A stretch of 64,000 nt of DNA, taken from positions 7,130,001 through 7,194,000 of the forward strand of contig CATNEN010000001.1 of the NCBI GenBank assembly GCA_950097015.1. The letters run 5' to 3'. Position 1 is the first letter of the stretch; every line of letters starts with the position of its first letter. Below the pieces are notes generated by a model, which searched no databases, was not told the origin of the DNA, and saw nothing but the letters and a program-made list of their open reading frames with translations. The position numbers and the translations under genes were made by a program. Below, in pieces: positions 50,446 through 63,044 of the stretch. The DNA comes from Macrostomum hystrix (taxonomy: Eukaryota; Animalia; Platyhelminthes).

Positions 50446-50802
50446 AAGTAAAACCAATCAGATTCAAGTAGAACCAACCAGATTCAAGTAGAACCAATCA
50501 GATTCAAGTAGAACCAATCAGATTCAAGTAGAACCAACCAGATTCAAATTGAACCAATCAGATTCAAGTAGAACCAATCAGATTCAAGTAGAACCAACCA
50601 GATTCAAATTGAACCAATCAGATTCAAGTAGAACCAATCAGATTCAAGTAGAACCAACCAGATTCAAGTAGAACCAATCAGATTCAAGTAGAACCAACCA
50701 GATTCAAATTGAACCAATCAGATTCAAGTAGAACCAATCAGATTCAAGTAGAACCAAGCAGATTCAAGTAGAACCAATCAGATTCAAGTAGAACCAACCA
50801 GC
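50443..50802. repeat. 20-bp satellite (AGAACCAATCAGATTCAAGT)n
   Basis: About 18 copies; same unit as the array at 56335-58360. Confidence 0.95.
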
Positions 50803-51832
50803 CTATCCAATCCACTAACGAATCAATGTGTCATTCTTCTTTCTTAATTGTATCATAACTATTCTTTAAATTTACTCGTAGTTTATCACCTCTTTAAATA
50901 CCTGATTGTAGATTCGTAGATTATATCTACTCGCCTGTTTAATAGGTACATCATGTTCTCTACTAAATGACAGCATACACCTGAAATCATCACACATTAC
51001 TGTCTCTGGGTCAGGGAATAAGATCTTTATGACGCACCTAGGCGATCAATTTGTTCTGCAACCCTGCGCCAAGGTGCAAAACAAAAGTAATTGTATAAAT
51101 AATTTGGTACAAGGCTTTGATTCGCATTTTGATTCGCATTGCATTCCCGTCAGAAGTTAGTGGACCTGAAAATTGTACGAATAATCTATAACCCTCGAAG
51201 TTTAATTAGCATATTTATGGCAATTTTTCTTTGCTAGCTGAGAGGTCTCGCAAACAATCTGTGAAGTCAGACAGCTAGATATATTGACCCTCTGGACTTG
51301 GGAACCAGAAATTAATTGTCTCATGGCTGCCTCAGCAGAATTGGTTCTTCCTGTTGGAAATTAGTCTTTTGCGTTTGGGCGCGCGCTGCTTAAAAGGGGT
51401 GGCATCTGAAGAAATGAAACGACGGACCAAACTGGTAGAAGACAAGAATCAACTAGATCCCAGAGAGAAACGCTAGTAAGAAAAAATCAAAGGTAAGTGT
51501 TCTTTTTCTTTTGTAAGTAGGAAACAGTAGCAACAGGACGCTATTTTATCCCCTGGGGAAAGACCACAGGGGGATATTTAAAATACCCGCTGCCTACTTC
51601 ACTATACGAGCGTAGCTCCCAAATCGAATGACCGATTTCGTGAAAGTGCACCATTAGGATCTAATTTTAACGCCCTTTACGATGAACTGACTTTCAAAAC
51701 CGACCGATTCAGCATATTCGAGAAATTCAATGAATTTCTACTGTTATAGTGATTTGTGATTGAATTCAACATTACGCATACTCAATATCAACCAGAAAGC
51801 GTCACATTTGAGGTCGTCGAGTCTCGCACAAA

Positions 51833-54800
51833 ATGTCCGCCGATCGACCTCCCGGAGGCGGCGGCGGCGGCAATTCCAACAGGAACACCGCCAACTTGCC
51901 GACGGATCTTCGCAAGCAGTTGTCGCACGAGAGGCTTACAGACGTGGCAGCCACATCGGCTTCAGCTTCGGGCGTGGCTGATGGCATGCGAGGCGGCAGG
52001 ATCGCGGCAAGGCCAACTTACAACGAGTTGCAGCTGGAAGAAGAATACCAGATTCGACTGGAACCGAGCGAGCGCAAAGCTCACCGACTCAACCTGATGC
52101 AGCAGCGCAAAGCCGGCCAGTTCAAAGAGAAGAAGGACGCCAAGACTGTTGCTGTTGGCATCCTGACCAAAGCCTTTCCCTGCATCAATATCTTCGTCAA
52201 CTATAGACCTAGGGAGTACGCAGTGTACGACTTAATCTCAGGTGTCAGTGTGGGGTTGTTCATCATTCCTCAGGGTGAGTGGCCGGCGAATTTCATTCCT
52301 GATTACACCCCTGTCTAACATGTTACGCCCCTGTCTAAAATATTATACTCCTGTAAAATAGATTACACCCCTGTCTAACATGTTACGCCCCTGTCTAAAA
52401 TATTATACTCCTGTAAAATAGATTACACCCCTGTCTAACAGGTAACACCCCTGTCTAACATGTTACGCCCCTGTCTAGCATGTTACGCCCCTGTCTAAAA
52501 TATTACACCCCTGTAAAATAGATTACACCCCTGTCTAACAGGAAACACCCCTGTCTAACATTTTACGCCCCTGTCCAAAATATTACACCCCTGTCAAATA
52601 GATTACACCCCTGTATAACATGTTACGCCCCTGTCCAAAATATTACACCCCTGTCAAATAGATTACACCCCTGTCTAACATGTTACGCCCCTGTCCAAAA
52701 TATAACACCCCTGTCAAATAGATTACACCCCTGTCCAAAAGATTACACCCCTGTCAAATAGATTACACCTCTATCTAATATATTCTTTTTGTATAGAAGG
52801 TTACACTTCTACCAGATTACATTTGTGTCTACCAGATTACATTTGTGTCTACCAGATTACATTTGTGTCTACCAGATTACATTTGTGTCTACCAGATTAC
52901 ATTTGTGTCTACCAGATTACATTTTTGTCTACCAGATTACATTTGTGTCTACCAGATTACATTTGTGTCTACCAGATTACATTTTTGTCTACCAGATTAC
53001 ATTTGTGTCTACCAGATTACATTTTTGTCTACCAGATTACATTTGTGTCTACCAGATTACATTTTTGTCTACCAGATTACATTTGTGTCTACCAGATTAC
53101 ATTTTTGTCTACCAGATTACATTTGTGTCTACCAGATTACATTTGTGTCTACCAGATTACATTTTTGTCTACCAGATTACATTTGTGTCTACCAGATTAC
53201 ATTTGTGTCTACCAGATTACATTTTTGTCTACCAGATTACATTTGTGTCTACCAGATTACATTTGTGTCTACCAGATTACATTTGTGTCTACCAGATTAC
53301 ATTTTTGTCTACCAGATTACATTTGTGTCTACCAGATTACATTTTTGTCTACCAGATTACATTTGTGTCTACCAGATTACATTTTTGTCTACCAGATTAC
53401 ATTATAATCTAATATTGACAGGGTTTACTTTATGCAACCGATTAAACCCCACATAATTTAATAGCATATTTTGGGCTAAATTATTTTATTATAATTACTC
53501 GGTCTCGCTTTTGAAGAAGCTCCAAATGACGCTCAATTTTCTAATTTACAGCCATTGCCTTCTCGCTACTGGCGAACGTTAAACCGCAATATGGCTTCTA
53601 TTCGGCCTTCTTCGCAATGTCTATCTACTTTATCTTTGGCACTTCGAATCACCTAAATATGTGTAAGATGCTCTTATATAGTCGTCTGAATATTATTTTA
53701 GTATAATAATATAATAATACGTGTTGAATGGTCCCTTGGCTCGATTCCGCGGCGAGGCCTCATTCAATTGGGGCGCTGCCGCGGAGAGAAGGCTTTGCTT
53801 GTACTCAAAATAACACTATTACGTTACTGTCGAATAAAATAACATGCTAGTCTAACCATTCTCAACGAAAACTTCAGCAAGCCAGGGAGCCGTGTCGCTG
53901 ATTGTTGGCGAGGCGGTGCGCGCGGGAGTCCAGCAGGTCTATCCCAACAATGTCGGACTGTGCAGCGCTCCTGTCGTTGCTAATTTCAATGATACGGCGA
54001 TGAACACCTCTATGGCCACAACTGCACCCAATATTACGGCTGGTGAGTGCGAGGTTGGGTTGCTCGGAATGCTGTATTCTTATGCTTTAGGCACTTCAGG
54101 GCTAGGCACTTCAGGGTTAGGCACTTCAGGGTGAGAAACTTCAGGGTTAGGTACTTCAGGGTTAGGCACTTTAGGTGGCTGGATTGTTCAGAGTGACAGT
54201 TCAGAAATCGGATAGTTTAAGGGTGAGACACTTCAGGGTTGCACGCTTCAGGGGGTTCGATTGTTCAGGGTGAGAAACTTCAGGGGGTTGGATTGTTCAG
54301 GGTGAGAAACTTCAGGGGGTTGGATTGTTCAGGGTGAGAAACTTCAGGGGGTTATATTGTTCAGGGTGAAAAACTTCAGGGGGTTCGATTGTTCAGGGTG
54401 AGAAACTTCAGGGGGTTGGATTGTTCAGGGCAAGAAACTTCAGGGGGTTGGATTGTTCAGGGCAAGAAACTTCAGGGGGTTGGATTTTTCAGGGTGAGAA
54501 ACTTCAGGTGGTTATATTGTTACGGTTGAAAAACTTCAGGGGGTTGGATTGTTCAGGGTGAGACTTTTCAGGGTTAAATAACTCAGGGTTAGAAAGCTCA
54601 GGTCAGACCTTTCAGCGGGTTGCACTGTTCAGTTAGAGGCACTTCAGAGTTATACAGTTCAGGATTATATTTTTCGTAGCTCCATGTCTGGGGGTCGTGC
54701 TTCTCTGGAATATCGGCCTGGGGTCTAACGACTCATCTGAGTAGGTTTTACTCGATCCCCGCAGGCTCAGGCAGTTGCATGAATCGAGACGACGCCAACG

Positions 54801-57800
54801 CCCTGGTAGCAATGAGCATCACTCTGGTTGCTGGCCTGTTGCAAATTCTCCTAGGTGTTTTACAGCTCGGCTTCCTCACTATCTACCTGTCCGACCCGTT
54901 AAATAGCGCATTCACCTGCGGCGCCGCACTGCACATTGTCAGCAGTCAGTTGGGCAACTTGCTAGGAGCTAAAATTCCTGCTATCAATGGAATGGGAAAA
55001 TTCTTTTTGGTAAGACTTAGATCTGCATTGATTGATACACAGATAGACGGATAGACAGATAGACACCTTCGACCTGAAAATACGAAATAGTCAACAAATG
55101 AGAAAGGGGATGAGTAGCAGAGCGGTTAACTCGTCTGCCTCTCGCACCGAGGTCCCTGAGCTCGATTCCAAGGTGAGGCCACATTTATTTGGGGCGCAGC
55201 AGCGGAGAGAAGGCTTTGGGGGCTTGTCGTGCAATTCATAACCTTGAGGGCCAAGGCGCAGTGAAGTGTACACTGCCTGACGATGAGAAAGTCAGGGCAG
55301 ATGTACACACCTGTGTGAGCGTGTGTCTGCGTACAGTATCCGTGTGCGTGTGTGCTCAATAATAATAATAATAATTGATCACACCTGTCCGATTGGGCCA
55401 GATGTGCAGCCGACAGCACAGCCGCAGCTATTGCGCGGCGCATCTGAAGGCTGCGTACGGCTGTTCAGTCCATGGACTGGGGGGACGCCACACCCACCCT
55501 CAATTACCCCCGCTAATGCTGGTACCCATTTAACAGGTGGGTGAACTGAAGCAATGCAGAGTTAAGTGTCTTGCTAAAGGACACAAATTGTTCCAGTGAA
55601 GTCAGGAATCGAACCCCCGACCTTCAAGTCGTGAGTCCGACGCCCTAACCACAAGGCTACAACCTCTCAGGAGTCAGCGAAATGGGCAGAATTAACTCCT
55701 CGCTGGCTGGGGGTCTGGTGTCACCAAATAATGTGCCATTGCCCACAGCCCTCCTGCAATTATTATTATTACAACACATAAAAAATATAAATACAAGACA
55801 AATTGTGCGCGAAATAATCATCAATTTCCAAGAGAGTCCTCCTCTAGATGACTAGCGACTCACAAAAAAATGAATCATCACCAATCATCATAAACCAATT
55901 TTCCAGTACTTTATCGAAGCCTTTAAAGAGCTGTTCAGCGGCCGAGTCAACGGCTACACGATTGCCATCTTTGTTGGCTTCTTTGCCCTCCTGTTGGCCA
56001 TCAAATTGGTCAACGAAAAGTGCACGAAATACGTAAAGATTCCTATTCCAATTGACATCATTGTGGTGAGTGAAACGAAACGCTTTCTAATATTTTAGCC
56101 GTGAATATTGTTCAGAATCTGTATAGCATTCATTTTTTTAGTTGATCGTCAGCCTTCTGATGTCGAAGTACATGTACTGGAAGGAAACCCTTAGAGTAGA
56201 GAACGTTGGCGCTATACGACAAGGGTGAGTGACAGTGTGTGACGTACTCAAACAAAGAAATAGTTTTGAATGTTGTGAACAAGTCAAATTCGAGAAAGGC
56301 ATTTGATTCTCGAGTAAAAACTATCAAATTCTAGAGTAGAACCAACCAGATTGAGGTAAAACAAATCTGGTTCAAGTATAACCAATCAGATTCAAGTAGA
56401 CCGAAACTAATTTAAGCAGAACCAATCAGATTCAAGCAGAACCAGTCAGATTCAAGTAGAACCAGTCAGATTTAAGTAGAACCAATAAGATTGAGGTAAA
56501 ACAAATCTGGTTCAAGTATAACCAATCAGATTCAAGTAGACCGAAACTAATTTAAGCAGAACCAATCAGATTCAAGCAGAACCAGTCAGATTCAAGTAGA
56601 ACCAGTCAGATTTAAGTAGAACCAATAAGATTGAGGTAAAACAAATCTGGTTCAAGTATAACCAATCAGATTTAAGTAGACCGAAACTAATTTAAGCAGA
56701 ACCAATCAGATTCAAGTAGAACCAGTCAGATTCAAGTAGAACCAGTCAGATTTAAGTAGAACCAATAAGATTCAAGTAGAACCAATCAGATTCAAGTAGA
56801 ACCAATCAGATTCAAATAGAACCAATCAGATTCAAGTAGAACCAATCAGATTCAAGTAGAACCAATCAGATTCAAGTAGAACCAATCAGATTCAAGTAGA
56901 ACCAGTCAGATTTAAGTAGAACCAATAAGATTCAAGTAGAACCAATCAGATTCAAGTAGAACCAATCAGATTCAAATAGAACCAATCAGATTCAAGTAGA
57001 ACCAATCAGATTCAAGTAGAACCAATCAGATTCAAGTAGAACCAATAAGATTCAAGTAGAACCAGTCAGATTCAAGTAGAACCAATAAGATTCAAGTAGA
57101 ACCAATCAGATTCAAGTAGAACCAATCAGATTCAAGTAGAACCAATCAGATCCAAGTAGAACCAATCAGATTCAAGTAGAACCAATCAGATTCAAGTAGA
57201 ACCAATCAGATTCAAGTAGAACCAATCAGATTCAAGTAGAACCAATCAGATTGAGGTAGAACAAATCTGGTTCAAGTATAACCAATCAGATTTAAGTAGA
57301 CCGAAACTAATTTAAGCAGAACCAATCAGATTCAAGTAGAACCGATAAGATTCAAGTAGAACCAATCAGATTCAAGTAGAACCAATCAGATTCAAATAGA
57401 ACCAATCAGATTCAAGTAGAACCAATCAGATTCAAATAGAACCAATCAGATTCAAGTAGAACCAGTCAGATTCAAGTAGAACCAATAAGATTCAAGTAGA
57501 ACCAATCAGATTCAAGTAGAACCAATCAGATTCAAGTAGAACCAATCAGATCCAAGTAGAACCAATCAGATTCAAGTAGAACCAATCAGATTCAAGTAGA
57601 ACCAATCAGATTCAAGTAGAACCAATCAGATTCAAGTAGAACCAATCAGATTGAGGTAGAACAAATCTGGTTCAAGTATAACCAATCAGATTTAAGTAGA
57701 CCGAAACTAATTTAAGCAGAACCAATCAGATTCAAGTAGAACCGATAAGATTCAAGTAGAACCAATCAGATTCAAGTAGAACCAATCAGATTCAAATAGA

Positions 57801-60800
57801 ACCAATCAGATTCAAGTAGAACCAATCAGATTCAAATAGAACCAATCAGATTCAAGTAGAACCAGTCAGATTCAAGTAGAACCAATAAGATTCAAGTAGA
57901 ACCAATCAGATTCAAGTAGAACCAATCAGATTCAAGTAGAACCAATCAGATCCAAGTAGAACCAATCAGATTCAAGTAGAACCAATCAGATTCAAGTAGA
58001 ACCAATCAGATTCAAGTAGAACCAATCAGATTCAAGTAGAACCAATCAGATTCAAGTAGAACCAATCAGATTCAAATAGAACCAATCAGATTCAAATAGA
58101 ACCAATCAGATTCAAGTAGAACCAATCAGATTTAAGCAGAACCAATCAGATTTAAGCAGAACCAATCAGATTTAAGCAGAACCAATCAGATTTAAGTAGA
58201 ACCAATCAGATTCAAGTAGAACCAATCAGATTTAAGTAGACCGAAACAGATTTAAGCAGAACCAATCAGATTTAAGTAGAACAAAAATGGGAACTAGAAG
58301 TCTAGAACAAATTAAATTTGAATAGAGCCAATAAAAATCGATTAGAACCAATCAGATTCGAGTTGATGCCCAATTCTTTGCCACTTTTTAAATACCCGTA
58401 AATTGCAGTTTTGAGATACCCCGGGCTCCTATGACGGAGCACTTCACGAGTGGCTCGGGTATCATAGTTAACGGCATTGTGCTAGGCATTATTTCTTACG
58501 CCCTCTCTGTGTCTGTGGCCAAAACCTTTGCGCTCCGTCACGGCTACGAGGTGGACGCCAATCAAGAGCTTCTTTCCTACGGCTTTGTGAACTTCGGCAT
58601 GAGCTGGTTCAGCACCTTCGTGTCCGCTTCGTCCATCGCCTGCACTTCACTGCACGAATCGATGCGAGGAAGGACTCAGGTTAGAGTTCAGATTGTACTT
58701 TTTGAGATTGATCAACTGACAGCATGGCTCTGACATAATTATGTCGATTTATTTCACTTCAGATCTACTCTTTGTACGCCGTTTTGATAACCCTATTGGG
58801 CATCCTATTCTTTTCGTCGCAATTTGAGCCCGTTCCAAAGGTAGTTTAAGTATAAAATGTTATAATCAAGCTTCGCTAGAAACATTAAAGCGAAAATTAT
58901 TATTTGTTAACATTTTAGTGCGTTCTGTCCGCCATTATAATCGTGAACCTGAAGAACATGATTATGCAAGTTGAACAGCTGCCAAGATTATGGCGAACTA
59001 ATCGATACGATTTTGTAAGTTAAGTTATTACGAGCTGTAATGCTAAAAATACTTTAAACATTGATCCATCAGTCATAGACACATCAGTCATAGACCCATC
59101 AGTCATAGACACATCAGTCATAGACACATCAGCCATAGACACATCAGTCATAGACACATCAGTCATAGACACATCAGTCATAGACACATCAGCCATAGAC
59201 ACATCAGTCATAGACACATCAGTCATAGACACATCAGTCATAGACACATCAGTCATAGACACATCAGTCATAGACACATCAGTCATAGACACGTCAGCCA
59301 TAGACACATCAGTCATAGACACATCAGTCATAGACACATTAGTCATAGTTAGTCATAGACACGTCAGTCATAGAAACATCAGCCATAGACACATCAACAT
59401 AGACACAATGCAAATTGATCACAGATACAATATTTATACTTTAACTTGTTTAAGGCCATTTGGATCGTGACGCTGGGCACAATCCTCGGACTTGACTTGC
59501 CGGTTGGACTTGGCATTGGAGTTGTCTTCTCCCTGTTGACCATTATTATTCGCACTCAAGCTCCCAAGGCCTATCTGCTTGGCCGGGTGCCCAAAACTGA
59601 CATCTACAAGAACATCAAGAAGATTAAGGGGGTGAGCTTAAAAGTTGCATAATCTGCCAAAGGGGCTACTTGTTATATCCATCGAAACTTTTTTTTGCTT
59701 CGACTAGGCCGAAGAGATTCCCGGCCTGAAGATCTTTAAGTTCGATGGCTCGCTCTACTTTGCTAGCGCCGACAATTTTCGCAAGCGTCTTTTCCGCTCA
59801 GTAGCGATGAATCCCAAGAAGATTCTGGACCGGGCCAAGGCTGCTGCTAAGAGAAGCGGTGGCGGAAAAGGCGACATGAAGATGAGAACCGACGTACTCA
59901 ATGCCCAGGGAATCAAGGAGGTTCTCGGTATTGTCAAGGAGGAGGGCAGCCATCCGGTGAGCTGTTAAAGCTATGCCATTTGCAGGGGGATCGGTGGCAG
60001 AGCGGTTATCGCGTTTGCCTCTCGCGCCACGGTCCCGAAGTTTGATTCCACGGCGAGGCCACATTTTTTTGGGGTGCAGCCGCGGAGAGAAGTCTTGAGG
60101 GAAATTTACGCTTTGAGGGCCAACCTCCAAGGCGCAGTGAAATGTACACTGCCTGACGATGAGAAAGTCGAGCAGATGTACACACCTGTGTGAGCGTGTG
60201 TCTGCGTACAGTATCTGTGTGCGTGTGTGCTCAGGAGTCAGTGAAATGGGTATCACCAAATGATGCGAATTACCTGCTGCCCTCCTGCAATCATTGCTAT
60301 ATTGGTTGATTGTTATAACAAAATCTTCTTCATTCCATCAGAGTGCCATCGCCCGTCAGCGCGCTCAGCTGGGTTCCAACGAGGAGTTGAAGAATATGTC
60401 ATCAACCTCCCCTAGGCCATGGGAGTCTGTGGAGTCGGTCGAGTCTTTGGACTCTGTCGAGCAATCTGCCTCCGAGGACGAAGATGACGGACGCGAGCCG
60501 ACTGTGAACGTCTTCTGCATCATCCTAGACTTGTCCGCCTGCGCTTTTATTGATGCTGTCGGTGTTCGCCTGCTGACTAAAATTGTGGACGATTTCAGCA
60601 AGATCGGCGTTGAAATGTACTTATGCGGCTGTACGTCGCTAGTTCGCTCGCTTCTTAGGAAGGCCAACTTTTTCGACAAGCGCTCGGAGGCTGCTCTGTT
60701 TGTGACAGTTCACGATGCCGTCATTTACGCACTGTCCACCTTTTATCAGGAGCTTATTGAGGTGCGTTGTCTGTACGACCTAATGAAGTTTACATTAGCG

Positions 60801-62020
60801 TTTTAATCAACAACGAAAATTGCTATGTATGAATTTTATAATTTTCAGGACGAAGCAGCCAGCAGCGTTGGAGAGCATGGTCCCTCTACCGGTGATCTCG
60901 ACGTGTCCGAGTACGTTCAACCTCGATACAGTGACATGTGGCGCTATAGAGTAGTTTCATACTCCTCGTTTCTGATTTAAACGCTTCTGTGTCGACTCAA
61001 AACGCTTCTGTATCGACTCAAAACGCTTCTGTATCGACTCAAAACGCTTCTGTATCGACTCAAAACGCTTCTGTGTCGACTCAAAACGCTTCTGTATCGA
61101 CTCAAAACGCTTCTGTATCGACTCAAAACGCTTCTGTATCGACTCAAAACGCTTCTGTATCGACTCAAAACGCTTCTGTATCGACTCAAAACGCTTCTGT
61201 ATCGACTCAAAATGTTTCTACAAGGATTGAAAAAACTCTCTGACGTTGCAAGCGACTCTTTAACAAACTGTTTAGACGTCGTCCGAGAGATGCCTTCAAA
61301 CATTGTAGAGGTCCAGTGCAGTGCAGTAGCATATTGAAAACGCTTTAAAATAGTTTGATATCTATTGTCTGAAGAAGAAACACATTTTCGTCTTTTTTGG
61401 CTTTGTAGCCTGATATCTAGCACGTATTTTTAGCTCGTAGTGATTTATTTCCTTTGAATTTTCCTTGGTAACTGGTAAATATCTTTAACAATGTTAGACG
61501 GGTTGCATCGCTCATTTGTGTGTTTAAATGCGTATTTCACGAGAAGACGCATTGTACCAAACGAAATCAAAGTTTCGCGAGTGAAAATTAACAGAAAGCT
61601 CATTAACCTCGTCACTACCCAATTCGCAGTCGACGCGTATCGATCTCGCAGCACGCCACGGACGCTGCCCGCGAGCGTCGACGTCGAACCCGCACCTACA
61701 GCGTCAGTCAGAACGCTGGCGAAGATCCCGCACTGCACGGCCTCGGCTCCTCGCGTCGGCCAAGCGAGTGCATCCGCGGACTGGAGGCCTTCAGCAGCTA
61801 TTTTCACGCGATGCGCGATGAACAGCCGCACCAGCCGCCGTTGCCCGAGTACAGCGCCCTCGATCTGGGACCAGGAGGCGCCATTGCGGAGACGACACTG
61901 CGACAGAGGTCGGCTGGCTTTGAACACGGTAGCGGCGGCCGGGACGACGGTGGGCACCTGCGAGCACTGCCGGAGGACGGAACAGATAACCAGGCTTATT
62001 CGGAGGAAACTAGATTCTGA
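51833..62020 (+). CDS. SLC26/SulP anion transporter (prestin-like), paralogue B, 14 coding exons, with STAS domain
   Basis: Exons: 51833-52274, 53552-53662, 53878-54042, 54765-55009, 55907-56065, 56142-56224, 58409-58679, 58763-58840, 58919-59014, 59455-59631, 59708-59956, 60342-60761, 60849-60910, 61630-62020 (TGA). Core exon sizes identical to paralogue A (111, 245, 159, 83, 271, 78, 96, 177, 249 nt); ends SEETRF. Probable 5'UTR exon donor at ~51492 (AAAG|gtaagt). Confidence 0.92.
52300..52775. repeat. 20-bp minisatellite (GATTACACCCCTGTCTAACA-like) with a 60-bp higher-order period
   Basis: Variant units recur every 60 bp. Confidence 0.9.
52805..53403. repeat. 20-bp minisatellite (ACCAGATTACATTTKTGTCT)n
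   Basis: About 30 copies with a G/T dimorphism. Confidence 0.95.
53729..53797 (+). mobile_element. SINE family B fragment
   Basis: ggtcccttggctcgattccgcggcgaggcc..gcggagagaaggcttt. Confidence 0.6.
54088..54665. repeat. 16/32-bp minisatellite (GGGTGAGAAACTTCAGGGGGTTGGATTGTTCA)n
   Basis: Degenerate tandem array in an SLC26-B intron. Confidence 0.9.
55112..55770 (+). mobile_element. SINE family B copy interrupted by SINE A
   Basis: 5' part 55112-55357, 3' part 55669-55770 ending in (att)n. Confidence 0.78.
55358..55668 (-). mobile_element. SINE family A copy nested in a family B copy; (ATT)n tail
   Basis: Full tRNA head in reverse at 55590-55668; (aat)n tail at 55358-55375; splits SINE-B at gtgtgctc|aggagtc. 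Confidence 0.8.
56335..58360. repeat. 20-bp satellite (AGAACCAATCAGATTCAAGT)n with higher-order repeats
   Basis: About 100 units; 140-bp period at the start and a ~400-bp block repeated further in. Confidence 0.95.
59062..59406. repeat. 15-bp minisatellite (CATCAGTCATAGACA)n
   Basis: About 22 copies. Confidence 0.95.
59993..60295 (+). mobile_element. SINE family B copy
   Basis: gtggcagagcggttatcgcgtttgcctctcgc...ccctcctgcaat. Confidence 0.78.
60979..61215. repeat. 21-bp minisatellite (AAAACGCTTCTGTATCGACTC)n
   Basis: About 11 copies. Confidence 0.95.
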
Positions 62021-63044
62021 GCTGCTCAGAATTCCGGTTGGCTGCTGCATCAGTTTTCAAACAGTTTGAACTAGGATTGTAGTTTCGTGTAAATTGGCGC
62101 CAAACTCCGTGTTGAGAATTTAAGCTTCAACTAGTATTCATTTCATCGTGAACTCAAAACAGTAGCGTGAAGTGCTCATTTTCACGAACTCTAAATTTCT
62201 CGAAGAATGCCAACAGTTCCCAACCATACCCAACCATCTTGTAAAGAGTGAATTGGCATTGCTTTTGCTTTGTTGTTTTTTCATACCACGGCTCTTAGAA
62301 ACTATAATTATTATTGATCTCGTAGATGTCAGTAGTAGCTGTAGGCTTTGTTTACCTATATTTTATCTCACACAAGGTCAACACCAATTTAGAAGCATCC
62401 CCTATCTGTTAGTAATTTTTCTCATTAAATCCATTTGGAGTAGATTTTTAGCAATCCTATTGCTCAGGTTTTTTACTCAAAATCTGAAAGCAAAAGATCT
62501 GTTGAATTTTTTTCACTAAAGTGGTGCTTTTTGGTGCTAAAGCAATAACAAAGGATTTCAAAAAGTTGCTTTGATTACTGCAGACGTCTTTTTTATTTTC
62601 CGACGCTTTTTGGCGCACGATGCTTTTAGAAGGCTTTCATTTTCAGAAATCTGGGCAGCATTTTCGATTCCTAAATCGGTTTTTTTGTTTTAAGCCACTG
62701 GCGTAGAACCACATGGATACCTGTGGCATGTGATCTGCGAATCAACCGTTCGATCACTGGTCCTGGTTGGGGTAGATTTGGTCACTATGTAAAGCGTCCT
62801 ACACAAGAAGAAATTTAATTTATCACGCAAATAATTATCTGACAAAGTTCTGTCAAACAGATATTATATCACCCTAAATAGTCAAACTATCCAGAGAGTA
62901 AATTAGCGTTCATTTTAGAGTTGATCATCTTAGGCACGTGCATAAAAAGTTGCTATGGCGGATTGCTGAATGAAACTGTGCTTATCTGCAATGAGTCATA
63001 CGGTTCCCAGTGCTCAGTGCAGCAGTCTTTTTAAATGAGAAGAG

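Noticed and set aside
55271-55300. Hammerhead ribozyme (CTGACGA...GAAA) in SINE B
   Set aside because: No stem II between the core motifs and no stem III/NUH geometry; CTGAC is itself paired in a simple hairpin.
56335-58360. CRISPR-like appearance of regular repeats
   Set aside because: Head-to-tail units without unique spacers, no cas genes, eukaryotic context.
37775-62020. Assigning the symbol SLC26A5/prestin to either paralogue
   Set aside because: Family is clear, but orthology cannot be determined without a phylogeny, and pocket residues differ.
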